NCBI RefSeq assembly: GCF_006345805.1
Contig: NW_021825018.1
Location: 1-18,304 of the forward strand
DNA length: 18,304 nucleotides
Origin: Octopus sinensis
Taxonomy: Eukaryota
Direction of reading: 5' to 3'
The notes under the pieces are model-generated. The model ran no database searches. It had not been told where the DNA came from and saw only the letters and a program-made list of their open reading frames with translations. A program made the position numbers and the translations under genes. Positions 1 through 11,014 of the stretch are shown here, piece by piece; the first letter of the stretch is position 1; every line of letters starts with the position of its first letter.

Positions 1-287
1 TATGTTGACATGGGCGCAATGTGTGTACACGCATACGTTTCTCTTTATGCGCCCATCCGTTTACTCACCTTGCGAGACATTCATCCATCTTCCTAGACAT
101 TCCAGAAATCGCAAGCTCCACATTATAAATGGATAACGTACACAGGATAATACATTGTGTCTTTGTGTACAAAAAAAATGAGTAAAAAATCACAAGTCAC
201 GATGGAAATGACCAGAACAGCTTTAATGAAATATAATTTGAAACAAGTATGGTCAACAACTGAAAATGTAAACCAATCGTAAATAGA

Positions 288-336
288 TATATATTTACCC
301 TATATACATATATACATGCATGCATACATACATACA

Positions 337-432
<96 letters not shown>

Positions 433-692
433 ATATATATATATACACATTTATATATTATATATATACATATTTATATATTATATATACATATTTATAT
501 ATTATATATATATATATGCATATTTATATATATATATGCATATATATATATATATATATATAATATATATATATATACATATTTATATATTATATATACA
601 TATTTGTATATATTATATATATATATACATATTTATATATATTATATATATATATATTTATATATTATATATATATAAACATATATACACAC

Positions 693-765
<73 letters not shown>

Positions 766-790
766 AAGTGTGTGTGTGTGTTTGTGTGTG
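288..790. repeat. Compound (TA)n/(TACA)n/(CA)n/(TG)n microsatellite, with a degenerate ~21-23 nt higher-order unit (tatatacatatttatatat) at ~440-680
   Basis: Directly visible. It explains the YI/HT-repeat ORFs at 197-766. Confidence 0.95.
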
Positions 791-821
791 AGAATGTATT
801 ATGTCTCTGTTTGATATGTTT

Positions 822-1179
822 TAATTTATTTAGTTTTGGTTTGGAATTTTTAATAAAATATCTTTTTATTCGTATTTGATGTGTGTATTTGTCAGGACGG
901 AATAAACTGAAACCCTAGAAACTTTAATGATTTGCTTGCTGCATATATATCTGAATGCTCACTAAGTGGAATCTGTTTTGTATTAGGAACCCCTATTTGC
1001 TATCTGGTTGTATTTCTCAAAGTAAATTTCGCTTAACCTTTGTAATCTTCATCACAACCATTACATTTCCTAGCATAAATTAAGATCTGGGGCGAATTGG
1101 TATAGAGATACATTACTGTCGAAACTGTATCCCGATTTAAATTTATGTCCTCCAAAATGTTGATGCAGGTTTCATAGTT
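822..1179 (-). pseudogene. Penelope-like element GIY-YIG endonuclease remnant (family 1), with stops and frameshifts
   Basis: Manual minus-strand translation across frames: NYETCINILE.., HKFKSGYSF.., ILIYARKCNGCDEDYKG*AKFTLRNTTR*QIGVPNTKQIPLSEHSDIYAASKSLKF.., RYFIKNSKPKLN. This fits the PLE pattern of Cys linker, LIY-x3-CxxC-x3-YIG, R, H and terminal PxLN. Not in the ORF track. Confidence 0.8.
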
Positions 1180-1347
1180 CAGAAGAGTCATCCGACTACC
1201 ACATATATACAAAGGATAGGGGTTTGGTTCCCAGGTGATCTAAACGACTAGGTAGGCCAAGTAAGTGCTGTAACGGATTACTAGGGCTCTAAGGTTATAG
1301 CCGAGACGGTAGTTATGGAGCCGTTGCAGATTTCCGATGCAGCGGAT

Positions 1348-1561
1348 ATATAATTGCTAAAGAGAACAAAAATTAAGGCAAGGCAAGGCAAACATCTCAA
1401 GTCGTATACAATATTATTGTTGGAAAATTGAGGGTCTTACAGTTGTTTCTGGGATATCACTGAAACAAGTGTAAGATTCTGAATTTTCCAATAACAATAC
1501 TGTAGACGGCTTGAGATGTTTGCCTTGCCTTAACATTTGTTATCCTCTCTAACAATTATAT
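1348..1561. repeat. Imperfect ~214-bp palindrome (foldback) centred on GATATC at 1453-1458
   Basis: Left arm aaggcaaggcaaacatctcaagtcgtataca..ttggaaaatt..tcttacagttgtttc is the reverse complement, with mismatches, of right arm gaaacaagtgtaaga..aattttccaa..tgtagacggcttgagatgtttgccttgcctt. Confidence 0.93.
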
Positions 1562-1730
1562 GTTTGTGTATATATATTATATATATATATATAGTATATA
1601 TGTGTGTGTGTGTGTGTTTGTGTGTGTGTGTATATATATAATGTGTGTGTGTGTATATATATTATATATATATATATATATTATATATATATATATATAA
1701 TATATTATATATATATAGTATATATATATA

Positions 1731-1790
<60 letters not shown>
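1562..1790. repeat. (TG)n/(TA)n compound microsatellite
   Basis: Directly visible. Confidence 0.95.
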
Positions 1791-1925
1791 TAGAAGAAAT
1801 GAGGTACTCAGAAAATCGGATGGTTTATATTTACAGATATTTATTTGTATTTTACATTTTTTATACATCATATAACTTAGATCATGTATTAGCGCTTTCT
1901 CCCATTCTAGTGGGGTTTTCAAATC

Positions 1926-1971
<46 letters not shown>

Positions 1972-1972
1972 T

Positions 1973-2113
1973 ATACGACGGGATTCTACATAGTTTCCGA
2001 CTACCGATTTCACTCACACGGCCTTGATCACTTTGGTTATAATTTAAGAGACTTGCCTAAGAAAGTGGTACATAATGCAAAAACTCATGGCTGCAAATCG
2101 ACATTCTAAACAC
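1973..2113 (-). mobile_element. Degenerate 5' portion of the SINE family seen at 6280-6710 and 7581-7998
   Basis: atacgacgggattctacatagtttccgactaccgatttcactcacacggccttg resembles 7833-7885 (atacgacaggcttctttcagtttccgtctaccaaatccactcacaaggcattg). Confidence 0.75.
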
Positions 2114-2124
2114 GAAAGTTGCAA

Positions 2125-3179
2125 TTTACAGAAAAACAAAAGACGAAGACAGGCGTATAAACAACAAGCAGGTGTATTAGTTTGCCCCTCAGGAAGGTGA
2201 GAACATCTTTTTACGTTTCGAGCCTACGCTCTGCAACAGAACCGAACACGCGGAAATAAATAGAGTGAATAAAAAAAAGTGTGGATTTAGAGGTCAATCA
2301 TGGCGGCTGGTTGGAAAAAGGTAGTTGGAAAGGAGAGCTAGGAAGAAACGGAGATAATAAAGTACTGGTGATCCCAAAACCATGGTGCGCGTGCGTTTGC
2401 CTTTTTGAGAGTTTGTGTGCTCGTGTGGACAGGGGCTAGTGAATTGGACGTGTGGATATGTGCGTGTCTGTGTGCGTCAGTAATGTGTGGATGTATGGGT
2501 GTGCGGATGATGGTGTGTGATGTGGGTGCTGGGAAGTGGTCAGTGCTAGTGTGTGTGGTGTAGTGTGAGGTGGTGTAATATGGTATGGAGGTGTGGTGGT
2601 GTGTAGTGTGGTTTTGCAGTGTGAGGTGTGGGGATATGAAGGTGGGATGTGGGTTTGGGTGAGGATGTGAGGGTAAGGTGTGGATGAGGATCGAGAGTGT
2701 AGGAGGAGGATGTGGGGGTGGAGGGGTGGGGTATGTGGTAGTCGGATGTGTGGGGGTGTAGATCGAGGGGTAGCAATGAAAGAAGGTATCAACGAAGCGC
2801 GTATGAATGAAACGGGTATCAATGAAGGGAGAAGGTGGGTAGGAATGAAGAGAGAAAGTAGGTGTCAGATAAAGAGAGGAGAGGAGCGGGGTCAGGTGAA
2901 GAGGGAAGGAGAGTTGAGCCCAGGTTGCGCAAAGGAGCGAAGAGAGACGATTAATTCCTGTTCACGGCTAAGGCGGATGACTCCTGCGCAAAGACAATCC
3001 GAACACAGATAAGCGTTGTAATGAATGACCAGTAGAGCGGAAATGTCACGAGAGCGAGGTATCATATCATTGCCGAGTCTAATGTCTCGGAGGTGTTCCG
3101 CGAACCGATCAACCAAGCGGAATCCCGTTTGAGGGATATACAGAGAAGGGCAAAAAGAGCAGGTAATACTGTAAATATA
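2125..3179 (-). mobile_element. 5'-truncated Penelope-like element (family 2): GIY-YIG remnant, C/A-rich 3' region and terminal (pLTR-like) segment at ~2125-2302
   Basis: Endonuclease remnant at 2892-3179, followed on the minus strand by a low-complexity tract and a segment that recurs at 8167-8379. Confidence 0.75.
2892..3179 (-). pseudogene. PLE GIY-YIG endonuclease C-terminal remnant
   Basis: ORF 2892-3245 contains IYSITCSFCPSLYIPQTGFRLVDRFAEHLRDIRLGND...REQELIVSLRSFAQPGLN (YIG decayed to YIP; R, H, E and GLN retained). The likely ancestral middle, HFRSTGHSLQRLSVFGLSL, lies in another frame, implying compensating frameshifts. Confidence 0.88.
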
Positions 3180-3201
3180 TACATATTTGTATATATGTGT
3201 G

Positions 3202-3234
<33 letters not shown>

Positions 3235-3238
3235 TGAA

Positions 3239-3456
3239 GGCGCATGGCTCAGTGGTTGGAGCGTCGGGCTTACGATCGTGAGGTTGTGAGCTCGAATCCC
3301 GGACCGGGCTGCGTGATGTGTTCTTGAGCAAGACACTTTATTTCACATTGCTCCAGTTTAGAAATGAGTTGCGACGTCACAAGTGCCGAGCTGTATCGGC
3401 CTTTGCTTTTTCCTTGGATAACACTGGTGGCGTGGAGAGGGGAGTCCGGTATGCAT
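3239..3456 (+). mobile_element. tRNA-derived SINE (family B)
   Basis: Pol III A box tggctcagtgg (3245-3255) and B-box-like gagctcgaatcc (3288-3299), then tgtgttcttgagcaagacactttatttcacattgctccagt, which is shared with 13261-13373. Confidence 0.85.
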
Positions 3457-3640
3457 ATATAATATTTATATATATATAATATATATCTATATGTATCTAT
3501 CTATCAAACAAAATGTATATAAGTATGTATGTATGTATGTATGTATCTTTGTATGTATGTATGTATGTATGTATGTATGTATGTATGTATGTATGTATAT
3601 ATAATATATATATATATTATATATATATATATATATATAA
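3457..3640. repeat. (TA)n/(TATG)n microsatellite
   Basis: Directly visible. Confidence 0.9.
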
Positions 3641-3898
3641 TGCATGTTGCCTTGAAAGTCATGAGGCAAGCACAAACAAATGTGAGCTGATTTTCTTTAT
3701 ATATCCCTGTGGCCAGAAAAATATTATTCCGTCTAGTTTCATTTCAACATTGAGATTCATCATCAGATACATACATTATCCATATATATATATATATATA
3801 CATACATTTTTATATATCTCTTTGCCTTTCATATATATGCATATATGTACATGTACATGTGTGCATTTATACCTATGTTTATGCATGTGAGTTTGAGC

Positions 3899-3910
3899 AT
3901 ATATATATGT

Positions 3911-3982
<72 letters not shown>
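3899..3982. repeat. (TG)n(AG)n compound microsatellite
   Basis: Directly visible. Confidence 0.95.
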
Positions 3983-4127
3983 CATGTGTACATGAGTGTA
4001 AAATCTCTTGCTAAGATTAAGACGTTTAGAAAATGCTGCCACATATATTGCAATATACACATTATGAATAAAATAACGTCGATATAATGAAAGGACATAT
4101 TTTAATTTCCAATGACCAATTGTATCA

Positions 4128-4204
<77 letters not shown>
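4128..4204. repeat. (TATC)n tetranucleotide microsatellite
   Basis: Perfect array, directly visible. Confidence 0.97.
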
Positions 4205-4696
4205 AATATTTAATTACAAGACTGTATATCTCCCTATGAATTCCATCACCAATGTGGAACCGCTACGTCAAAAACATAATTATATAAGGGACGGGAATAA
4301 ATCAGGCGGTTGGGAGTTGAAAAACTGGATGTGGTGTGATTCGAGGGACTTTTAGAGACGACTCAGCAACGGGGGTTATGATATCAAGTAGTGGTTATAC
4401 TCTTTGAAAAACTGCTATTGGATAGGCATATGTTCAAATGCATACACACTTGCACACGCATATGTGCATACACATACACATATTCACGCACACAAACACA
4501 CAATACAAATAAATAAATAAACATATATATGCAAGTATGTATTCTTAGTTAATGTAACTACGCTTATGGAAATTTGACATACATATACACATACACATCC
4601 ACCCACATATGGATACTTACATATGTACATATATATATCTATACATACATGTGTGTGTTTGTATGTGTCTTTTTAAATATACTTGCATATATATAT

Positions 4697-4758
<62 letters not shown>

Positions 4759-4933
4759 TATATATTCACATAGCCAAATGATAGATACATAAATGTGCCG
4801 AATAAGACTGACGAAACCTAACAAACGTATACGATAACCTTTTTTATGATCATAATAGTCATATTCGTGATAATAACTGTTCTAGACATACTAATCACTA
4901 TAAATACTCTGCTCAAAACACACACACACACAT

Positions 4934-4982
<49 letters not shown>

Positions 4983-5938
4983 CACGCGCGCGCGGCGTGT
5001 GTGTTTGTGGGTGTGTCTATATATTTATGTATGCATGTATGAATGTATATCATTATTTCTTCCTAATTTTCATCGCTGAAGTTAGAGTATAGATTGCCAG
5101 GGGCCTCGTCAATTATTTATGATTATAGTCTTAGAAACAATGCTGTGTGTCTATGTGTGTGTGTTTTTGTATCTATGTATGCATGAATTGATGTATATAG
5201 TATATATCTACATGCATAATACACACACATTAAGACATACATTCATATATATGCTATGTACACTCATCCATGTATATATGCGTATATATATATATATATA
5301 TAATCTATATATGTATAGGTTGGCATAAAATGTTTATGGGTCAGTAGAATGACCATAAACATGTGTGAATCATCTTTTATTATCTTGTAGTTTGTGTTCT
5401 GCCCCCAAAATGTAACAAGCCAATTCTTTCTTGATACACAAGGCAAACCATATACAAACGCGTACACAGTCTTTTATGCATGTACTCAATCGCTCATGCT
5501 TGTTTTTGCTACATTTGTGCGTCTGTATTTGTGATTGCCTGTGTATATATGTGTGTGTGTCTATCTGTCTGTCTAGCTGTCTCTCTGTCTCTGTGTTTGT
5601 AGTTGTATAGTTTCAAAGTGTTCTTTTTAAATATGAGGCCGTAGGTTCGAAACGACGAAGTCATATCTGTGGGACATGGAGTACATTATTTTTCTAGGTC
5701 TTCGATACGAAGTTCTACAATAGACCCAGTTTCAGTTTATCTAATTCCCCACTGAAATTGAGCTGAACGAACGTTAATTTTCGTGAAAGCCCCCTCCGAT
5801 TTGTATGAACCCTATTTCCAACACCAAATGTACGCGAAAATTACGCAAAAAATACAAATGTATCTGGAATTAAAATAATCACTTTTGAAACTGAATGAGG
5901 ATATTCTGTAGAAGTGGAATGCCTGAGCGTTGTTATCG

Positions 5939-5940
<2 letters not shown>

Positions 5941-5969
<29 letters not shown>

Positions 5970-6044
5970 TGTATGTATGTATGTATGTATGTATGCATGC
6001 ATATATAAGTATATAAACACGTATGTGTGTCTGTGTATGTGTGT

Positions 6045-6114
<70 letters not shown>
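5941..6114. repeat. (ATGT)n-(TG)n-(AG)n compound microsatellite
   Basis: Directly visible. Confidence 0.95.
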
Positions 6115-6279
6115 AAGAAAGTATCCGTATTTGCATCTCTTTCGGTCTCTTCAAATTTCACTGAATGCGCAGAACTTCAACATTGAAAAGGCTGTAAAAA
6201 CTACCGTGGAATATGCTTCGCCAGTAAAGAGAGGAACGAAACGCTAATTATACTATTTATTTTGTGTTTAAGGTAGCTA

Positions 6280-6448
6280 GGCGCAGAAGTGTCTGTGTGG
6301 TAAGAAGCTTGCTTACCAACCACATGGTTCGACTTCAGTCCCATTGCGTGACACCTTGAGAAAGTGTCTTCTACTATAGCCTCGGGCTGACCAAGACTTT
6401 ATGAATGGACTTGGTAGCTGGAAACTTAAAGAAACCCGTCGTGTATAC

Positions 6449-6490
<42 letters not shown>

Positions 6491-6710
6491 ACGCGTGTTG
6501 TGTGTTTGTGTGCCTGTGTTTGTTCCCCCATCATCGCTTGACAACTAATGTTGGTGTGCTTACGTCCACGTAGCTTAGCGGTTCGACAAAAGAGACCGTT
6601 AAAATAAGTACTAGGCTTACAAAAAATAAGTTCTGGGGTCGATTTGTTCGACAAAAGGCGGTGTTCCAGCATGGCCGCAGTCAAAGGACTGAAACAAATA
6701 AAAGAATTAA
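6280..6710 (+). mobile_element. Full-length Octopus-type tRNA-derived SINE (family A) with internal (TG)n
   Basis: Head ggcgcagaagtgtctgtgtggtaagaagcttgcttaccaaccacatggttcgacttcagtccc, internal microsatellite, and tail ccagcatggccgcagtcaaaggactgaaacaaataaaagaa. Collinear with the reverse complement of 7581-7998. Confidence 0.9.
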
Positions 6711-6731
6711 AGTTGTACCTTATTTTCTATT

Positions 6732-6762
6732 AAAAACCGAACGGATGTTTTTGGCCAACCAA
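6732..6762. mobile_element. Probable orphan mariner-type terminal inverted repeat
   Basis: Reverse complement ttggttggccaaaaacatccgttcggttttt resembles mariner TIRs of the TTGGGTTGGCCAAAAAGTTCGTTCGG type (from memory). No partner TIR found. Confidence 0.45.
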
Positions 6763-7439
6763 CACAGCACCCGGTTTAACTCCCAGCACTTGGGTGTGTT
6801 TAGTGGGGTTTATTTCCTCCCTTGCAAGCAACTGGGCCAGGTTTCCGGTTTGAGAATACTGCCTTCGATTTTATCAGCGCCCGACGAAATTACAAGAAAA
6901 CTATTAGCGTAAAGTGAAACTTATCGCTTTTAGATAATAAATGTTCTGTTATACTGTGCCGCAGGAACTGCGTGCCAACTGAATGGCGTATGAGAGACCG
7001 ATCGAAGAGATGGTATAGGACCAAAATGGAATACATCACTCTAAAATAGCATCAACGGACTCAGGAAAAATATGGACTTTTGGACACTATCAAATACAAA
7101 ATGTTAGTTGACGAACTATTTGCTACGATTGCAAGGCAGATTCACCAGACTTGTATAAGAGTTGTCACCGAAGAAAACCCTCAAGCTAACAGATCGCATT
7201 CAAACAAGACCTACGAGTGGCAAGTGAAAAAATTCGTTACTGTAAAAAATTAGAACTGAACAACCATATTAGACAATGTATACTCTCATAAAAACACACA
7301 AAATGGCTACTCTGTGGACGATGTGAATCAAACTTTGTACTGTAAGGACATGAGCACCAACGTTATAGTGGTTTCAACGGAGGGATGCCCACGATTGAGA
7401 AGAAAAGAACAGCTGAATACATTTTATTCTAAATAATTC

Positions 7440-7550
7440 ACGGGTACCTTATATTTATGAATAAACACGATTTTGACAGAATTTGAAATCAGAACGCTAA
7501 GTGAAGCAACTAGTTGCTGCAAACTATTTTGACGGGTTCTCTAAGCCGGC
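7440..7550 (-). mobile_element. Highly degenerate SINE fragment (third family)
   Basis: cagaatttgaaatcagaacg reads as a decayed B-box region on the minus strand and resembles a common octopus repeat (recalled, unverified). Confidence 0.35.
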
Positions 7551-7580
7551 TTTTCTTTCATTGCAGTATAACACCTATTC

Positions 7581-7998
7581 TTTTTTCTTTTATTTCTTTT
7601 ACTTGTTTCAGTCATTTGACTGCGGCCATGCTGGAGCACCGCCTTTTTTTAGTCGTGCAACTCGACCCCGGGACTTATTCTTTTTTATAAGCCCAGTACT
7701 TATTCTATCGGTCTCTTTTTGCCGAACCGCTAAGTGACGGGGACGTAAACACACCAGCATCGGTTGTCAAGCAATGCTAGGGGGACAAACACAGACACAC
7801 AAACACATACACATACATATATATATACACATATACGACAGGCTTCTTTCAGTTTCCGTCTACCAAATCCACTCACAAGGCATTGGTCGGCCCGGGGCTA
7901 TAGCAGAAGACACTTGCCCAAGATGCCACGCAGTGGGACTGAACCCGGAACCATATGGCTGGCTAGCAAGCTACTTACCACGCAGCTACTCTTGCGCC
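7581..7998 (-). mobile_element. Full-length SINE family A copy, inverted relative to 6280-6710
   Basis: Reverse complement begins ggcgcaagagtagctgcgtggtaagtagcttgctagccagccatatggttccgggttcagtccc and ends ccagcatggccgcagtcaaatgactgaaacaagtaaaagaaataaaagaaa. Confidence 0.92.
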
Positions 7999-8166
7999 TA
8001 TTGTGGATGGTTACACTACTATATATACATGGTATATAATATATACTACATGCGCTATATACATATAATGTATTCTACAAATACTTCTGTTATATAATAT
8101 ATATGGATGGATATGTGAACGTTTGTGTGTATTATATATATATATATAATATATATATATATATAG

Positions 8167-8379
8167 GGAGAATCACAAAAAAGACAAACAAAAGACGAAG
8201 ACAGGTGGTGTAGACAACAAATAGATGTATTAGTATAACGCTAGGGAAGTGAAAAAGTCTTAAACGTTTCGAGCCTAAGCTCTTCCACAGAAAGGAACAC
8301 AGAAAGAAACAAGAAGAGAAAATAAAGAGAAAATAAAGAGAGAAAATAAAGAATGTGTAGTGGCTAGCGATCTATCATG
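8167..8379 (-). mobile_element. Solo PLE terminal (pLTR-like) fragment homologous to 2125-2302
   Basis: Both loci share aacaaaagacgaagacagg..acaacaa..tgtattagt..acgtttcgagcct(a)cgct/agctc..acagaa..gaacac. Confidence 0.8.
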
Positions 8380-8421
8380 TATGTGTATGTGTAGGTAGAT
8401 GAGTATATATATATGTGTGTG

Positions 8422-8460
<39 letters not shown>

Positions 8461-8494
8461 CATCGATAATTTATTGTGTTTATTAAATTTGAGT

Positions 8495-8980
8495 TGCATC
8501 AATCAACGTCTAGCAACCAACTGTTATTTTAAAGCATCTTAAATCAAGATGGTGCACCGCAGCGCTGGATGCTGAATGTTCGAGAGTTTCTTAATGAAAC
8601 ATTCCAAAAGTGGCGGATTGGTTGAGGTGGTCCAGTTTCCTGGCAACATAAGTCACTAGATATAACCCCTCTAGACTTCTTTTAATGGTGACTACATTAA
8701 AGTCAAACTCTATTATACAATGTCTTCAAGGAAACCATACGCCAACATTGATGTGGGAATTCTCCAACACACGTTGTCAGAAATTAAGCCTTGTCTCGAT
8801 ATGTTTCGAGCAATCAATGTGGCCCTCATGGAAGCGTATTGACATTTCTAATAAAACTTTATTTGTCTCTCTATGTTTTCCAATAAACTCTGCGGACTTA
8901 TCTTTAGAAGTCTAGTCTCTTTAGCTTTCACCTTTTTCTAAATTATCCAAATTGTAAAGATAATTTATGGACACGCTGTA
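8495..8980 (+). mobile_element. 3' part of a Tc1/mariner-superfamily DD41D (rosa/Visitor-type) transposon: transposase pseudogene plus right TIR
   Basis: Frame from 8545: QDGAPQRWMLNVREFLNETFQKWRIG*GGPVSWQHKSLDITPLDFF*W. The Asp codons at 8548 and 8674 are separated by 41 codons. The end, aaagataatttatggacacgctg|ta, has reverse complement TA-CAGCGTGTCCATAAA (Tc1-like TIR plus TA target). Confidence 0.88.
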
Positions 8981-9577
8981 TATCTATCGATCAAAAACAA
9001 CCCATGCAAATTATTATGATGATGAATATTACTGACGGTAAGAATAATAATGATGATGATGTTTAAGAAGAAGAGGTCAGAACGTTTTGATTTTTCATTC
9101 CTTCCTTCCTTTGTTATACAAAATATTTGGTTTTCCAATTCCTGTTCAGAGACAGTACACGTGTAAAATCTTACATAATCAGGAATTCTAATATATACAT
9201 CACTTTTCGTCAGTTTACAGTGACTTAAGTATTAACAGCTAAACAAGCATCCAAGACAGCCGATGCTGCTGCTGACACAGTCATAGATGCTATATGTGCA
9301 TTTTATACATCTTTAGAATTAAACATGTATAGACCTGCATACAAATCCATAATTCATAAGTGATAAATTCTAAAGACGTAGCGACACAAATGTTTATGTG
9401 CATGTGTATATAAGTTATAATTTGCATGCATACATACATACATACATACATAAATGTATACATACATACATTCATATCTATATATACACATACACTTATA
9501 TATACGCGTATAACATATATATGTATATATATATAAATGTGTATGTGTGCGTATGTACCTATAAATCATTCTTTCCG

Positions 9578-9613
<36 letters not shown>

Positions 9614-10649
9614 AATACATTATGTATATATCGAATGTATATGCACTCACACACATTTGTGTGTAAATGTATGGCTTTTTGTGTGTGCTCGTGCGCGCAC
9701 GGTGTATGTGGATGTGTGTATATTTGTTTGTGTGCTTGTGTGTGCAAGTGTCTTCAGGTACCTTAATATACCGGCAAATGTGCATAGAACTATAGTTTTT
9801 CCATATATATATATGTGTGTGTGTGTTCGTGCGCGTGTGTGTGTATATATAATGCGCGCGCTCGTGTGTATGCATGTATATATTTTCACGCATATTTATA
9901 AATATATATACATATTTATGTATGCATGCATATACATACACACACATAACTACGAATGCAAGTACACACACGGCCACACACTTACGCGCCCGCACACTCA
10001 CACACGTGCACTCACACACATACACACACTTATCAAGTTATTTTTATTTCCTTTCACTGTAAATTGTTACTTCTCATTTCGTCGAACTTATCAAAAGAAA
10101 ACGGAAAAGGAATATAAAAATACAAACAAATATATATATAAAAAAACACAAATACAATAGAATAAATAAATAAAATAAATGAAGTAAAAATAACTAAATA
10201 AATAAATACATGGCATTGTCCTTTCTCACCACCCACCCCAACCTCTTCTCTGGGAGACTAATCTATATTTTATTTCTTTACAAATATATAAACAGTCACT
10301 AAACCACCAGAGATTCGTGTCAACAGCGATATCCTGTCAATACGATGGATTTATTCACGAAATACAATAACATTTGACGCAAAATAGATAACTCTAATTC
10401 TCTTTCTATGTGCAACGCTTTTCTCACCCGTTCGCTATCTCTCTTTGTTTTTGTCCTTTGTTGTTGTTCTTCAACATCTCAAAGTCCCAACATTCCAACA
10501 TCTCATCAGCCTGCTCCACTATCTACCCTATGCCACCACCATCCTACACTATCATCCCAGTAAAACCATCATCAACCTCTTTCACTGATATTTTCTTTCA
10601 GTTTTCGTCTCTGAAAATACGTTTTGTTTTAAAGTATATATTTTTTTAA

Positions 10650-10975
10650 GGATTTCCTTTCGTCTTTTTCTCATTTTTTTTTTCAAATATATTTCTGTTC
10701 CTTTCTCGTTAGCTATTTTCTCTATTTCTCTCTTTCATATACATATATTTATATAATCTCTTTTCATATTTTTTCCTTATGAAAGCTTTTCTTTCTTCCT
10801 TCCATTCGTTATTTCTGCTCTTTCAATTTCTTTCTTTCTTTCTTTCTTTCTTTCTTTCCATTCTTACTCCTTTATTTCTCCCTCTTTAGTCTTTCTTTCG
10901 TAAACTTCCTTCTTTTTTACGCCTTTCGCTTTGTTATTTATTTAATTTATTGCTCTCTCTTCCTCTTTCTCTCTT

Positions 10976-11014
<39 letters not shown>

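Noticed and set aside
1189-2748. Exact 17-nt inverted match between 1189-1205 and 2732-2748 (tatgtggtagtcggatg)
   Set aside because: It does not extend, has no TSD or TIR context, and one copy lies in G/T-biased sequence; probably chance.
2436-3012. His/Pro/Thr-rich ORFs (2436-2822, 2546-2776) and Gly/Arg-rich ORF 2680-3012
   Set aside because: By-products of the G/T-skewed tract and the antisense strand of the PLE remnant.
3239-3310. tRNA gene
   Set aside because: It has A/B boxes but continues into a SINE body that recurs at 13261 and 14719; no convincing cloverleaf.
6920-7400. Possible exon or LINE fragment between the inverted SINEs
   Set aside because: The plus-strand frames I translated contain stops and no motif I can support.
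6313-8097. ORFs 6313-6684, 7501-7737, 7764-8039 and 7774-8097 with mutually similar peptides (WSARGYSRRH)
   Set aside because: Antisense translations of SINE copies, not paralogous genes.
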